This document shows positions 43,786-57,191 of a stretch of 64,000 bases of DNA, one piece after another. Each line of letters opens with the position of its first letter. Positions within the stretch are counted from its first letter, which is position 1. Both the position numbers and the translations under genes were made by a program. The stretch spans positions 71,858,001-71,922,000 of the forward strand of contig OX597821.1 of the NCBI GenBank assembly GCA_951406725.2. Direction: 5' to 3'. Source of the DNA: Octopus vulgaris (lineage: Eukaryota). The notes under the pieces were generated by a model. That model was not told the DNA's origin. It made no database searches and saw nothing but the letters and a program-made list of their open reading frames with translations.

Positions 43786-44070
43786 GGAGGCACATGGCCT
43801 AATGTTTAGAGCAGCGGACTCCCGGTCGAGGGATCGTCGGTTCGAATCTCAGACCAGGTGATGTGTGTGTTTCTGAGCTAAACACGCGGCTCTGGCAGAA
43901 GGTAATGGCGAACTTCTGCTGACTCTTTCGCCACAACTTTCTCTCACTCTTTTTTCCTGCATCTAGCAGCTCACCTATGACGGACCGGCGTCCCGTCCAG
44001 GTGGGGAACCAATGAAACCGGGAAACCGGCCCTTCTGAGCCAGGCATGGCTCGAGAAAGAAATAAACAAC
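43786..44070 (+). mobile_element. tRNA-derived SINE (family C-like head, different body)
   Basis: GGAGGCACATGGCCTAATGTTTAGAGC A-box, GGTTCGAATCTC B-box, AAACAAC tail. Confidence 0.65.
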
Positions 44071-44099
44071 ATATCTACTAAGCTGACCTGCCAAATTAT

Positions 44100-44365
44100 G
44101 TTCATGCAGATTGGAGGAGACGGCTGTAACAGCCCTTTGAACACACCCTACTAAACACCGCTTGTTACAATTCCACCCCATCCTGGTAACCAATCACTTG
44201 AAAGAGACTGGCATCAAAACTCTGCCTCACCCTCTCTACAGTCCAGACCTTGCTCGCCATGACTTTTGGTTATGTTCCCAATCTGATGAAGAATCTCAGG
44301 GTCCGTCGTTTTATAAATGAAGGAGGCTGTAAGGAAGTTCGAGTAGTCTAAATAATTCTGGAATG
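44100..44365 (+). pseudogene. Mariner transposase C-terminal remnant
   Basis: GIKTLPHPLYSPDLARHDFW matches the mariner HPPYSPDLAPxDF motif. Confidence 0.75.
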
Positions 44366-44385
44366 TAGATAGATAGACAAATAGG

Positions 44386-44463
<78 letters not shown>

Positions 44464-44464
44464 T

Positions 44465-44532
<68 letters not shown>

Positions 44533-46354
44533 CTGACAGACAGACAAATTGACAGATACATAGAGAGGTATAGAGAGAGAGCGAGAGTGAAGGGAGGGAG
44601 AACACATTTATCTTTGGCAAAAATTATTCGAAGGAACTTTAAACTTTATTGCATCAACATAGAAGCTGTTTTCTTTTCTCTTCCTTACGGCTACGGTTTT
44701 AAATGATGAATGAAACTTGTGTGGTTCAGAGCGTTAAAATGGCGTCATGTCATTTGAAGGAGGAATCATAAAACCATGTGATTAACAAGTAACTACAACC
44801 ATATTAAATAAAAGTCATAATGTTTAATTGTTACAATTACAACGTGGAAGACACATCTGAGCCCTTCGAAACCACACAAAAACTGTTTAAGTTCAACATT
44901 TATTGTGAGATCAAATAATAAATGTTTTAGTTAACATACATACATACATACATACATACATACATACATACATACATACATACATGCATATATACATACA
45001 TGCATACGTACATACATACATACATACATACATACATGCATACGTACGTACTTACATACATACATACTTGCATACGTACGTACGTACATACATACATACA
45101 TACATACATATATACATACATACATACATACATATATACATACCCTGCTGATGTTGAAATTCCAGTGAAGGAACCTTGGACGTAGGTTAGAAACCGGTTC
45201 TTTCTCTATTGGCTTGAAATCTTGAAATAAAACTAAAAAATGATATACACACGCATACAGGGACATTAGAAACCAATGAGGTCGCTTAACAGGCCCGAAG
45301 AAGTAACCAAATAACTCTCCAGCCTCTCCTAAAGCCTTACAGTTCACAAGACAGAAGCTGCGCAAAAGCAATGTTTTAGAACTTCGGTTTTAGAACTTTG
45401 ATCTCGTGAAACGTCTGTCAATCGAAGTGTTCAATATGTTTGTCCTTATGATTATACGTTGTGATTAAAGAAATATTTAACTGTTACTTCAAAAGATTCA
45501 AACGACCGCAAAGAGACCCCGTCGTTGGCTGGTGATTTTGTGCGTAAGTTCAATTAAAATATTATTTCAACCGTGTGAGACGCACAGTATTTTCAGATGG
45601 CAGAAAAAGAAACAAAAATCGGATGACCATTTATAGTGAGTTTCCATGCCAACCAACAACTCACCAGATTCGATTGCGCCCATTTCCCTTTTATTTTGCG
45701 TGTTTTTTGTTTTCATTTATTTATTCTATTTTATATTTGTCTTGAGAGATTTCTTGCAAACTGAATTCTCTTTCTTAAGTTTGTAATAAATGACTGAATG
45801 GTTCAACTTCTCGTATCACGGCTTTAAATCATTTTACGAATCTCAATCTTTGCGAAAATGAAAGAAATCATTGTATTTGATATAACATAAGAAATATTGC
45901 ACTGAGGTAAAGAAATCAAAGCAAATACAAGATATAGCAGACGTATTTCTATGTTCCAATTCCAGAAAGCAAGAAGCGTACAACGCAAAACAGAGGCACA
46001 AGACATCCAGAAACATCAAGCTTATCAAAATGAAATATGGCTGCCTAGTAAACGAAACGTGTTTAAACTCGCGCGCGCGAGCACACACACACGCACACTC
46101 GTACATATAGATATGTATACACGTGTGTGTGTGTGTGTGTGTATGAGTGTGGGTCAATGCGGGTGGTTTATCGTATAAATCTCTGTCTCTCTTTTCTCCT
46201 CTCTCTTTGTCGTTTCTCTCCCTTTCTCGATGTATATATATATATATATATATGTATGTATATATATATTTATATATATATACATATATATGTATATGTA
46301 TATATATGTATATATATATTTATATATATATATACATATATATGTATATGTATA

Positions 46355-46455
<101 letters not shown>

Positions 46456-47105
46456 GCAGATGTTTGTATATGTGTATTCGTGGCTGTTGTGTTGTGTGTT
46501 TCGGGAGGGGTATACACTTTGGTTCTTAAGCCCTTTGCTCTCCTGGTGGCTTCAACCTTCAGGCTGTTGCCATACAGCACCTCCATTTATGGGTACATCT
46601 TAGCGTGTAAATTTGTATTACAAGCACACGCGCTCGCGCAGATATCCAGACATACCTATACATATATACACACATAAATGTTAAGTATGCGTATACATAT
46701 GCGTTAATAAAACTCGATTTGTATTCGTAAAATGTTATCTAGAAGGAGGTCGGGAAAACCTCAGGCATCACACAAAATAGTAATTCAGTCTAACAGCAAT
46801 GCCCGGCCATTTAGTACATGACGGCAGTATTATTTCTGTTCTTCTTTTCACTTTTTCTCATTAAATTTCAGTCTAGCTGCCATATTTGAATGGAAACGCT
46901 TAGATTGTTGTTTTGTTGTTTTATATTTGTATGAAGTTATCCATCACTGATAAAGAAAAGACAATCGCACTGTGAGACAAGGAACTTCAGTGTTTGGTTT
47001 GGGAAGAAAATAAATTCGAAGGAGTGCGGCAAAAATGAGAGATGGATATTATTTGGTTTTGTTTTTTTTTCTTTCGCTTTTTTTAACAAATAAAACTATG
47101 TTATA

Positions 47106-47167
<62 letters not shown>

Positions 47168-47314
47168 TAAGTGGGTGATTGTTTGTGTATATATACACAT
47201 TGATTTATACAATATTTGTTATCTCTCTATATATAATTTAATTTAATTTACTGCCGAATTCAAAACATTTATTGAGAGATTGGCTGTGAGTTACTATCAT
47301 GTTGATAGCTCACG

Positions 47315-47402
<88 letters not shown>

Positions 47403-47415
47403 TAGATCGATAGAT

Positions 47416-47497
<82 letters not shown>

Positions 47498-47817
47498 AAT
47501 TCGTTTTATTTTACAAACAAGTGGTATTACTAAGATTTCTTTGTCATTCCGAGTTTCACAATCCTTTCCTGATCACTTAAAAGGTGACACCCATCGCCTT
47601 GTCTAAGGCAAGGAGTGTCGCCTTTATCACGACAAAGAGTGAAGTGTCACTAGACGCGAATAAACGATTACAAAAACGAAAGTTCCTGTATTTCCTACAA
47701 AATAAACTATTTCTAAATAAAGCTCAAGCACAAGTGTTTACACATACGCAATATATTAGCACTCAGGTGTACTTAGGCACATCCGCTTGGATCCATCAAT
47801 ACAATATAGTCACAAAT

Positions 47818-47992
47818 AAGGCGACTAGCTGGCCGAATCTTTAGCCGGGCGAAATGCTTAACGGTATTTCGTCTGCCGCTACTTTCTGAGTTCAAATTCC
47901 GCCGAGGTCGACTTTGTCTGTCATCCTTTCGGGGTCGATAAATTAAGTACCAGTTGTGTACTGGGGCCGATCAAGTCGACTGGCCCCCTTCC
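47818..47992 (+). mobile_element. SINE family A monomer
   Basis: Head, B-box and core as in other copies. Confidence 0.8.
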
Positions 47993-48364
47993 TCCACGGA
48001 AAATAATTATAAATTCACTGGGTTAAAAAAAACATATTTTTCATATTTTCTTAGCTTTTTAGAGTCGGTTTGGAACAGTAAAGTATCTGAGGTTTCCAAA
48101 CCTTCACAGTTTCATCATCAGGAAATGAATTGAATATATTTGACATTTGTCTTGTTTCTTATTTACTGATTGAATTTACGCAGTCTTTCCCTCGAAAAAT
48201 GGTTTTTCGCTTCTAGAACCACGCACGCACGCACACTCACATACACACACACATATATACAAATACATACACGTACTTATATATCTTTGTAAATAAATGT
48301 ATATGTGTATGTATTTGTGACTATATTATTTTCTACTCTAGGCGCAAGGCCCGAAATTTTATTT

Positions 48365-48434
48365 TACAGATAAATTCCTCTATTTACATAATATTGAGGT
48401 CTCTTTCTTTCTTTTGTTATCTTACCGTTTTTAT

Positions 48435-48437
<3 letters not shown>
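48365..48437 (+). mobile_element. Terminal fragment of the 90-567 PLE family abutting (TA)n
   Basis: Reverse complement of 90-160. Confidence 0.75.
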
Positions 48438-48470
<33 letters not shown>

Positions 48471-48474
<4 letters not shown>

Positions 48475-49191
48475 CATAAGGGACTAAAGCCATCTGAATA
48501 TGGCTAGGGACAGGGCAGGGTGGTGGGGGTGTTACTGTTGCATTTAGCCCCAGGCGAACATCGACGTCACCAGAAAGGCCCGACACCGTCACGGTGTCCT
48601 TAACCTGCAAAGGGAGGTAATTCCCCGATGAAGCGGAAACCACACACGGACCATGGTTTCAAGGTGTATTGCCTATCGTCGGCGTGTGGTAGGCTTCCGC
48701 TTCCTCGACGAATTCTCACTCTGCAGGATACCCCCACCACCCTGCCCTGTCCCTAGCCATATTCAGATGGCTTTAGTCCCTTATGTTATCGAGCAGTTAC
48801 TGTCTATATCTCTTTTAGAGAATTATTATTGCTTTCGAACAGATTTTCGAAATCAGCAAATGTATTTTGCTTGAAAATCTATATATGAATATCCTGCAGA
48901 GTGAGAATTCGTCGAGGAAGCGGAAGCCTACCACACGCCGACGATAGGCAATACACCTTGAAACCATGGTCCGTGTGTGGTTTCCGCTTCATCGGGGAAT
49001 TACCTCCCTTTGCAGGTTAAGGACACCGTGACGGTGTCGGGCCTTTCTGGTGACGTCGATGTTCGCCTGGGGCTAAATGCAACAGTAACACCCCCACCAC
49101 CCTGCCCTGTCCCTAGCCATATTCAGATGGCTTTAGTCCCTTATGTTATCGAGCAGTTACTGTCTATATCTCTTTTAGAGAATTATTATTG

Positions 49192-49193
<2 letters not shown>
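48471..49193. mobile_element. ORF-less hammerhead-bearing element: inverted arm + 360-bp unit + ~102-bp terminal redundancy, in (TA)n
   Basis: 48471-48730 is the reverse complement of 48890-49149; 48731-48833 = 49091-49193; hammerheads at 48640-48689 (-) and 48931-48980 (+). Confidence 0.8.
48931..48980 (+). ncRNA. Type-I hammerhead-like motif, U4C core, GUC site, extended stem I
   Basis: CACACG-CCGACGA-t-AGG-caataca-CCT-t-GAAA-CCATGGT-C-CGTGTG; flanking GAAGCGGAA/TTCCGCTTC extend stem I. Confidence 0.7.
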
Positions 49194-49238
<45 letters not shown>

Positions 49239-49638
49239 ATATTATATGTGTGCGAGCTATTTCTCTGTAAGTATGCATATATGTCTGTATGTATACATGG
49301 GTGTATATGTGTGTGTGCATGTGAGTGGTGAGGTCTGCACAACCAGTTGGATTCTGTTTGAGTGTTTGTCAGTTATTAGTGAGGTCAACCTGAGTACATT
49401 GGAGCTCTCAAAGTGTCAGACTCTGTTGAAAAGAACGAATGTCTCGTCTCTGTCATCAGTGGCCAGTTAAGAAACAAAGCAGTGTTGAAGATACTTGGAG
49501 TAAAGTTAACCTTCAGATATGTATATATATATGTGTGTGTGTGTATACATATACCCCACATTCTACACAGTTTACCTCTTCTGATAATTAGTTATGTTTA
49601 TCTTTTATAAATGTAAATATTTCTAATAATCTACAGAC

Positions 49639-49711
<73 letters not shown>

Positions 49712-50671
49712 CTGGTATGTATATTAGGGCGAAAGCATTATCATCTTTAAGGGCGTGAATGTAATTATGTATGTATAAATATACATGTGTAAACATATAT
49801 ATGCGCATGTATATATGTGTGTATGTATGTATATGCGTGTGTGTATGCATGTATGTACCGTGTTTATATACGTAATGAGGTTAGTAGTGACACGAGCAAA
49901 GTGAAATGGCTAGAATTAGGAACTAAACTTCTTTTGTAGACCTGTTTTGCCCGAAGCTTATCTTTCTCTTCACAGCTTTAGCAAGTTACCCAAAGACGCA
50001 TTTCTAATTAAAGCGCTAGAATGGAACTGGATAACCAGTGTCAAAATTAAAACATATTCAGAATTGTTATATTACACAGCTCTTGGTAAAGGGAGGATGG
50101 CGAATTTTATTGAAATAAATATAATATGTTTAAATGTTCACATTTTGTGTTATTGGCCGTTGATCCTTGAAAAAAAGACAAAACTGATTCTTATCAAGAA
50201 ATAACTCCAGAAATGACAGATAGCATGGTGAAACTGCAGTTCCAACTGTTTGTTCTTTTACAACAAATCCTTCGTCAAAGGAATTATTCTAGAGTAAATA
50301 ACTTTTGAATTCTTTGTATCATTAGGTTCGTGCACACTACTTCTCGAATTCAATACAACTGATAGGAAACAGAAATTTGAGAAAATAATATCAGAATGTA
50401 TGAAGATTAAATATGCAAGTCACCGTTTTGATTCTTGCTGTTCACAGTGCATTAGGTGATTTAATATCGGTTGAGAGATAGCAACACCGATTGTTAAATT
50501 CCTTGGTCTGAAATGATTCTAGCTGACAAGACTCAACTATTTCAAAACACCAGAGTCCTTTAAGGTAATGAATTATGTGTTGTAAAGGAGTTGTTTCCTT
50601 GTGACGAAGCACAACAGCTTTCGAATCTGCCTGGACGGATTAAGAATATTAGACAAGTCAAAGAATAATAC

Positions 50672-51600
50672 GTTACATTATTTACATTTGACGGATATTT
50701 GTCGTCATCTTGTTTGTTTTTAACGCAACGTTTCGGCTGATATACCCTCCAGCCTTTATCAGGTATCATAGGGAAATTAGAAATTTCTGGGTTCTCATTC
50801 CTAATGTATTTTTCGATGCTATTATGATTATTATTATTATTATTCAGGTCACTGCCTAGAATCGAACTCGGTATCTTGCGGTTAATAGCCCGTGGTCTTA
50901 ACCACTACGCCATGGGCCCGCGAGCAATTATACAGTGTTTATTAGGGCGTATAAATCTAATATTTTCCTATCTTTCCTTAATACCGGTTCCCATATGCTG
51001 TTCATATCTGCGCTCGGTCTGCTTAGGAAGTTGTTGTGTTCTAGCATATGTGCTGCTTCTTTTAGCTTTCGTATTTTCCAGTGGTGCTCTTTGTCTATTT
51101 TTTTAACTTCATCCCACAGTGGGAAGTTGTCTCCATTTTTCCATACATGATCAGCTATACCCAATTTATCAATATCTCCTCGTGTCACAGCTTTGCGGTG
51201 TTCCTCTACCCTTATTTTGAGGGTGCGGCATATTTCGCCTTTGTATAACCTACCACAGTTGCATGGGATGGAGTACACGCAGTCTTTGGTCATATTCTCT
51301 TCTATTGGTGCTTTTACTCGAAGGAGATATTTGCGAAGTGTTGTATTACTCTTGAATATTGTCCTGATGTCATATAGGCCGCATATATTTTGTATCTTTT
51401 CGGAGAGGCCTTTCACATAGGGTATTGCTCAGTGCCTAAAACATCGAGGAAAGAATATAAGTAGCGATCGTGATACACACCACGAAGAAATGATCAATCT
51501 CAGTAACAATCTATTAAGCAACAACTACCCCAAAAGCATACTATCCACTCCAATTATGAAGAAAAGAGAGGATGAAGCCAATACAATGTCCACAGTTTGC
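50672..51600 (-). mobile_element. 5'-truncated Penelope/Poseidon-type PLE with inverted 5' segment, tRNA-like insert and hammerhead
   Basis: GIY-YIG ORF 50928-51426; plus-strand thumb fragment 51427-51600; tRNA-like 50847-50919; CTGATAA-AGGCTG..CAGCC-GAAACGTT at 50722-50766. Confidence 0.85.
50928..51426 (-). CDS. PLE C-terminal GIY-YIG endonuclease domain (truncated)
   Basis: IPYVKGLSEKI, CVYSIPCNCGRLYKGE, RVEEHRK, IADHVW, RKLKEAAH. Confidence 0.85.
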
Positions 51601-52397
51601 AATTTTCTTTAATAATATTAATGAGAATGGATGTTTCTGTTCCTCGAAGCCACAGCTGTTGTAAGATTCCCTTTAGAAAATCATTCAAAACTGCTCTGGC
51701 CACATGCGTCGTAATTAATCACTCATAAAGAAACGAGATGCTCACTTGATAACGTAACCATTCCAGTAGGAACTCGATTGATAAAGCACGTTTGAGGTGG
51801 TTAGGAGTTCGTTATGGCTCCTTGAGGAAACAAATAATATTCCAGTTGCGCTTAGTTTTTTTTTTACATCTTTATTTTTATTTCATGTTTTCTGGTTTAT
51901 CTTATTCTTTTTTTATTTTCAAATTTTTTGTTTTTTTAATGTTTTCTTGAAACTATTTGCCAACCTCAGATACTGTTACAAACCATCAAGAACAGCCATT
52001 TAGATGGTTCTAAAATATCAGATTATAGTTTAAAATACCAGGGGGACAAAGTGCTGTTCTGATTCAGGGGATGAAAAAAAATGTTGCATACTTATGTTTC
52101 ACTTTTATCTTAGCCATTACTGGAAACTGGATCATTTTTGTCTGTTGGAACTACAAGATGGTGGGGAGGGGGAGTGTGCGCAAGATGCTTGCCAATGATT
52201 ATTCAAACATACTATAACTGGTTTATGGAGTGTAAGTGCGAAGATATATTAATCCACCGAATCTTTATAAAGAATTATTTAAATTTCCAGATTTAGGAAG
52301 AAAAAAGATATCTTTGTGTGTATGCTGAATGTTTAGATATCGAAAAATTGAAGAATTGGAGTAGTCATTGCTTTTGCTAACATTAATACCTAACTTA

Positions 52398-52770
52398 AGG
52401 CGGCGAAATGCTTGGTGGTATTTCGTCTGCCGCTACGTTCTGAGTTCAAATTCCGCTGAGGTCGATTTTGCCTTTCATCCTTTCGGCGTCGATTAAATAA
52501 GTACCAGTTATGTACTGGAGTCGATATAATCGACTTAATCCGTTTGTCTGTCCTTGTTTGTCCTCTCTGTGCTTAGCCACTTGTGGGTAGTAAAGAAACA
52601 GGTATTTCGTCTGTCTTTACGTCCTGAGTTCAAATTCCGCTGAGGTTTACTTAGCCTTTCATCCTTCCGGGGTCAATAAATTAAGTACCAGTTGCGTACT
52701 GGGGTCGATCTAATCGACTAACTCCTCCCCAAAATTTTCGAGCCTTGTGCATAGAGTAGAAAAGAATATT
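52398..52770 (+). mobile_element. SINE family A, dimeric core
   Basis: Two core units + GCCTTGTGCATAGAGTAGAAAAGAAT tail. Confidence 0.85.
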
Positions 52771-54287
52771 TTAAGAACTTTGTGAGAATGGAAGATAAAG
52801 CCAACGTTAGCAGGAGTTGAACTCATACTAAAATTAAGTAACTAAGCAATTTTTATGTTCTTTTGCTTTTACTGCCTTCTGTCCTTAGTACCGCAATATT
52901 CGTAGGGATGCGACGTTTTGGCGCCGCCCATTTGGCGTCATTGATTCGACGCTGACTTATTTGACATCAGACATTTTAATGTTTCTCTCATTCTCTCTCT
53001 CTCTCTCTCACTCTCTCTCCTTATGTGTGTGTATGAGGAAAAGGAGAGTATTTATGTCAATCGTGCTTAATGAATAGATAATATAGTCTCCCTCCTTCTC
53101 TCGCCTTCCCTCCCTCTCTTACTCTTTATTTGTATGTGTATATATCTGCGCCCACATGCGCATGTATGTGTGTGTGTGTTTCCCTCCATCGCCAAAACAG
53201 GCTGAATATCCAGTCAGCCGTATCAAATTACCAGCGCTCAAACTGTCGCGGCCAATCGTCCACATCAGTATCAATCAAACAGCCTGGCTTTCATTTTTAA
53301 AAATGTTCAAGTAATCGAAGTATTCGAAAGATGTTGCCTTAAGACTTGTACATTTTCATCTGTCCCCAAAACTAAAATTTCTACAGACAAGATTCGTTCA
53401 AGGAATCTCAGTTGCAATCTCATTGCATGAAGAAGCCTCGAAGACACTAAAATCCACAGAACAAATTGAACATTGGTTGGCGTTTTATTTTATCAAGCCT
53501 GAAACTATGAATGGCAGTGTTAAATTTAGCGATATTTCAACTGGAAACCAAAAGATTCACAATTTAAATAACACTCTGACGACTTTGCGAATCAACTACC
53601 CAAATGCATATATACACATATATACATGCAAACACACGTACGCTTGCACGCATGCTTGCAACGCTTGCACACAGATGCACATGAAAAGCAATTCAACATG
53701 TACCTTCGTATGCTGTAAAGCAAGTTTTTTAACTACATAGCCATGTCTGCGCCTATAAAGCCATGCCCGTGCTTATAAAGCCATGCTTGCGCCTCGGGGA
53801 TAATTCTAGTTGAATGAATCTGCTAAGAGGTTCGTTTGAACCGATTGAGACACACCCAAGCTACCTCTATGTATGTGACTGTTGTATGCTGTAACTAACA
53901 TTTTTTTAAAAATTCCCCTAAAACATATCTAAAATTATTTCAAATGCTCTTTAGAGAGACTGATAACCTATAAATTTATCACTTGTATTGTAAGAATTCG
54001 GTTTTGAAATTCGAGTTTCCGTTTCATTTCTGTTGCGAAACGCAAAGAAAAATTACTGCGAGACAGAGACAGAGATAGCAGAAGTGATTGTCTTTTCACA
54101 CAAATGGAAAGAGCGAGAAGTGTATAATGTTGAAAACAAGTCATTATAATCCCCGTTTCGGCTTCGAAACTGTTCTGTTGACATAACCTTCTATTGTAGA
54201 AATCTTTCCTCCCTAAAGGCATCACGTTGGATGAATTTACGTGTGTGTGTGTGTGCTTGTGTAAGTGTCTATATGTAAAGATTTGCG

Positions 54288-54327
<40 letters not shown>

Positions 54328-55439
54328 CAGTAGTAGTAGTAGTAGTAGTAGCAGCAGCAGCAGCAACAGCAGCAGCAAAAACAGCAGAAGCGGTTGTTGT
54401 TAAAATTGTTTGTTGTTGACATTGTTATTGATGCTGCTGTTGTTTTTTTTATGGTTGCTGTTTTGCTATTTTAGTGGTGGTGGTGGTGGTGGTCTCTGTA
54501 TTTCATAACATACAATTAATACTCAGAGGCTTAGCAATGGTGTACAGTTTTACTGGAGAAATATGTTCTGCATTTACAAGTTACAAGGCTGTAGACATGC
54601 ATGTGTATTAGGTTAGGTATACAACAAGACACTCCTAGATATACGAGAGTGTGTGTGTCTGCATGTATTTATACCGATACATATATATACACACTTTCGT
54701 GCATACATAAATACATAAGATTCATGTGTGTCCGTCTGTGTATACGTATGTGTTTGTGTGTGCGTGTGTATTCTCGAATATAGACGAAGTAGAAAAGAAA
54801 AGAAATTCAATGAGTCATATGGTTTACATTTATCAAGAATTCATTGACGAATCAGTCTGTTAATCAACTGATTACTAATAGTTAATGATATGCTGTTTCA
54901 TTACATATTATTGTACAACCAGGCGTCACTCGCGAGCGAGTATGTCTCAGTTACGTACGCCATGCATTGGCAAATTATTTTAAGCCCTTATCTAACTGTG
55001 AGCAACAGATATAGGCGCTCTTTCGCCAGTTGTCGTATCCTGGATGTACTACTTTATCCAGCGGTATATCAAGAATGACACATCTTGAAGGAGATACACA
55101 GAACTGCATCAGCATTCGGTGTGTGTGTGTGTGAGTGCGTGTGTGTGAGTATGTGTGTGAGTGTGTATTCCTAAACACATACACAAACTCACACAAACAT
55201 ACAAACACACACAAACACACAAACACACACACACATGCACACACACATATTCATATATATACGAGCCAACACTGGAGACTCACCTCTGATTTAGAACGTT
55301 CGCCATTTTGCCTTCAGCTTAAATCTTAATGTCTTCTGTTTCCGTAGCCTCCATGTGATATTTCAACATGTTCTCAACAGCAGACAAATCGTCTTCCCAT
55401 CATACTTTGTTTATTTATGCAGATATATCTCTATACATG

Positions 55440-56020
55440 GGCATATATCTCTACGAGCCGCTACGACCACTTCTGAAAGAAATACCAGCCAATTCTGAAG
55501 CAAATCACAACCCAACTGAGTATCTAGCGAACGATCTTTCACGAGGCAACCCAAAACAATGCAAATTGCTCCTAAATTCTCCAAAATCTATTGTCTTATG
55601 TGACGTCTTGAAGGTGATACACAGAACTGGGATCCACTTTAAAATGTACCCGAGGCCTGGTCCCCGTGCTATCCGTCCTCTACAAAAGTCAAAAGTCATG
55701 TTCTCACCACATCTCAACATTCAGACAGAACAAATTCATCTCAACTGGTTCAACTCTCTTTAACATCATACCAAGACACATAAGAGAAGGAAAAGGTACC
55801 CTAATATTTAAACGGTTCCTGGACGAATATCTCCGACGATTTCCAGGTAAACAACCTACCTCCGGATATGTCACTGCAAATAAAAATTTCTCTACTCGAA
55901 TGGGCTATGGTGCCCAAAGAATGACTCATATGAAACACTAAATGTCTTTTCCATGTGGTACTATTAAGGTAAACATGGCCTGGCCCATTACTGGCGAAAG
56001 CTTATCTAAGTATCTAAGTG
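55440..56020 (+). mobile_element. Decayed 3' part of a CR1/L2-group LINE
   Basis: ERSFTR; FISTGSTLFNIIPRHIRE..FKRFLDEYLRRFPGKQP; short CTAAGTAT repeats at the end. Confidence 0.6.
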
Positions 56021-56034
56021 TATATGTATATATA

Positions 56035-56625
56035 TTTCGTTTTTGTATTTCGTTGAAAGATTCTTAATGTGAATTCATGTGTTGAAGAATATATTATTGT
56101 GTCTGGGGAGAGTCATTCTCTTTTAGTGTCTTATAAATTTAACACACTTTCCGGTCTGATTTCCACGTATTTACTTATTTTTACTAAAATGTTCATTGCG
56201 TTTTGCAACCTCTTCAATTGTCGAAATACATCAAGGGAAGTCTGTATCTTATTTTCCTTTGCCAAACCCAAACTATTATACTAAGATGTACTTCACTCAC
56301 ATCCTCATGTTTTTTTTTTCTTATTCTTGTCCCTATTCTTTTTCTGCTCTTTTTTAAAAAGACAAACACACAGTACCTATTACTAACAGTTTCTTATATG
56401 TATTAGCCACCCACCCCAACCACTTAGACCCTCTGAAGAAACCTAGAGGCATATTCATCATCTAAGCCTTATTTGCACATCCCTAATGGACAATAAAGAG
56501 ATGGCGATAACCTGGATGATCTAGTTGCCTCTTGGCAGAAACAGCCGTAAGGAACTAGCACCTCCTAACAATCTGCTCATTTGCTCATTTACTCATTTGC
56601 TTATTTGCTCATTTCTGTACAACTA
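56035..56625 (+). mobile_element. PLE pseudo-LTR (family of the 34-kb element) with long-stem-II hammerhead-like motif
   Basis: Homologous to reverse of 34575-34750; CCT-CTGAAGA..AGAGGCA-long loop-TGCCTCT..GAAA-CAGCCGT-A-AGG at 56430-56552. Confidence 0.6.
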
Positions 56626-56729
56626 GTATATGTGTATGTATTCATCTAATACATTGTAATAATTAGACATACTAGAATGTTTACCAGCTGATGTCTGTCG
56701 AGTTTGTAGCCACTCCACTTTCTTATTCG

Positions 56730-56772
<43 letters not shown>

Positions 56773-56773
<1 letters not shown>

Positions 56774-57023
56774 CATAATTAAATCTCAGAATGAGATTGA
56801 AACAGTAATCGCTCGATAATGTAAAGTATAGAAGCCATCTTATCATGGCTAACCACATTGGGGAGGGGGTGTTACTGTAGCTTAATAGCCCCAAGAGATC
56901 GTCCTCTCTAGCTGGCTTTAGACACAATATCAGTGCCCTTGGAGTATTTGCAAAGGGAGGCCATCCCTTCCTCGCAAGCCTGAGTGATACGCTCGTACTA
57001 GTTTCGGGATTTTTGTCCCTCGT

Positions 57024-57026
<3 letters not shown>
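56773..57026 (-). mobile_element. Diverged member of ORF-less hammerhead family, between (TA)n tracts
   Basis: Shares GCTCGATAA, AGCCATCT..ATGGCTA, GGGGGTGTTACTGT, TAGCCCCA, TGCAAAGGGAGG with the 48.5-kb element; TTGACGA-GGGA-caaaaa-TCCC-GAAA-CTAGT-A at 56993-57026. Confidence 0.7.
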
Positions 57027-57076
<50 letters not shown>

Positions 57077-57100
57077 GATGGGGTCTGTGTATGTACATAC

Positions 57101-57134
<34 letters not shown>

Positions 57135-57148
57135 ATGTGTGTGTATAG

Positions 57149-57191
<43 letters not shown>

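Noticed and set aside
45163-45202. AACCT/AGGTT hairpin + GAAACCGGT
   Set aside because: Core (GTGAAGG) breaks the 3-8 pair and stem I is absent; left uncalled.
48088-48125. CTGATGA..GAAAC on minus strand
   Set aside because: Stems I and III do not pair convincingly; at best a decayed hammerhead.
48434-49270. ORFs MVSASSGNYLPLQ.. on both strands
   Set aside because: Mirror products of the inverted repeat; non-ATG start, no recognisable domain.
52905-53270. Possible degenerate MITE with GC-rich ends
   Set aside because: Terminal inverted match too weak to support by eye.
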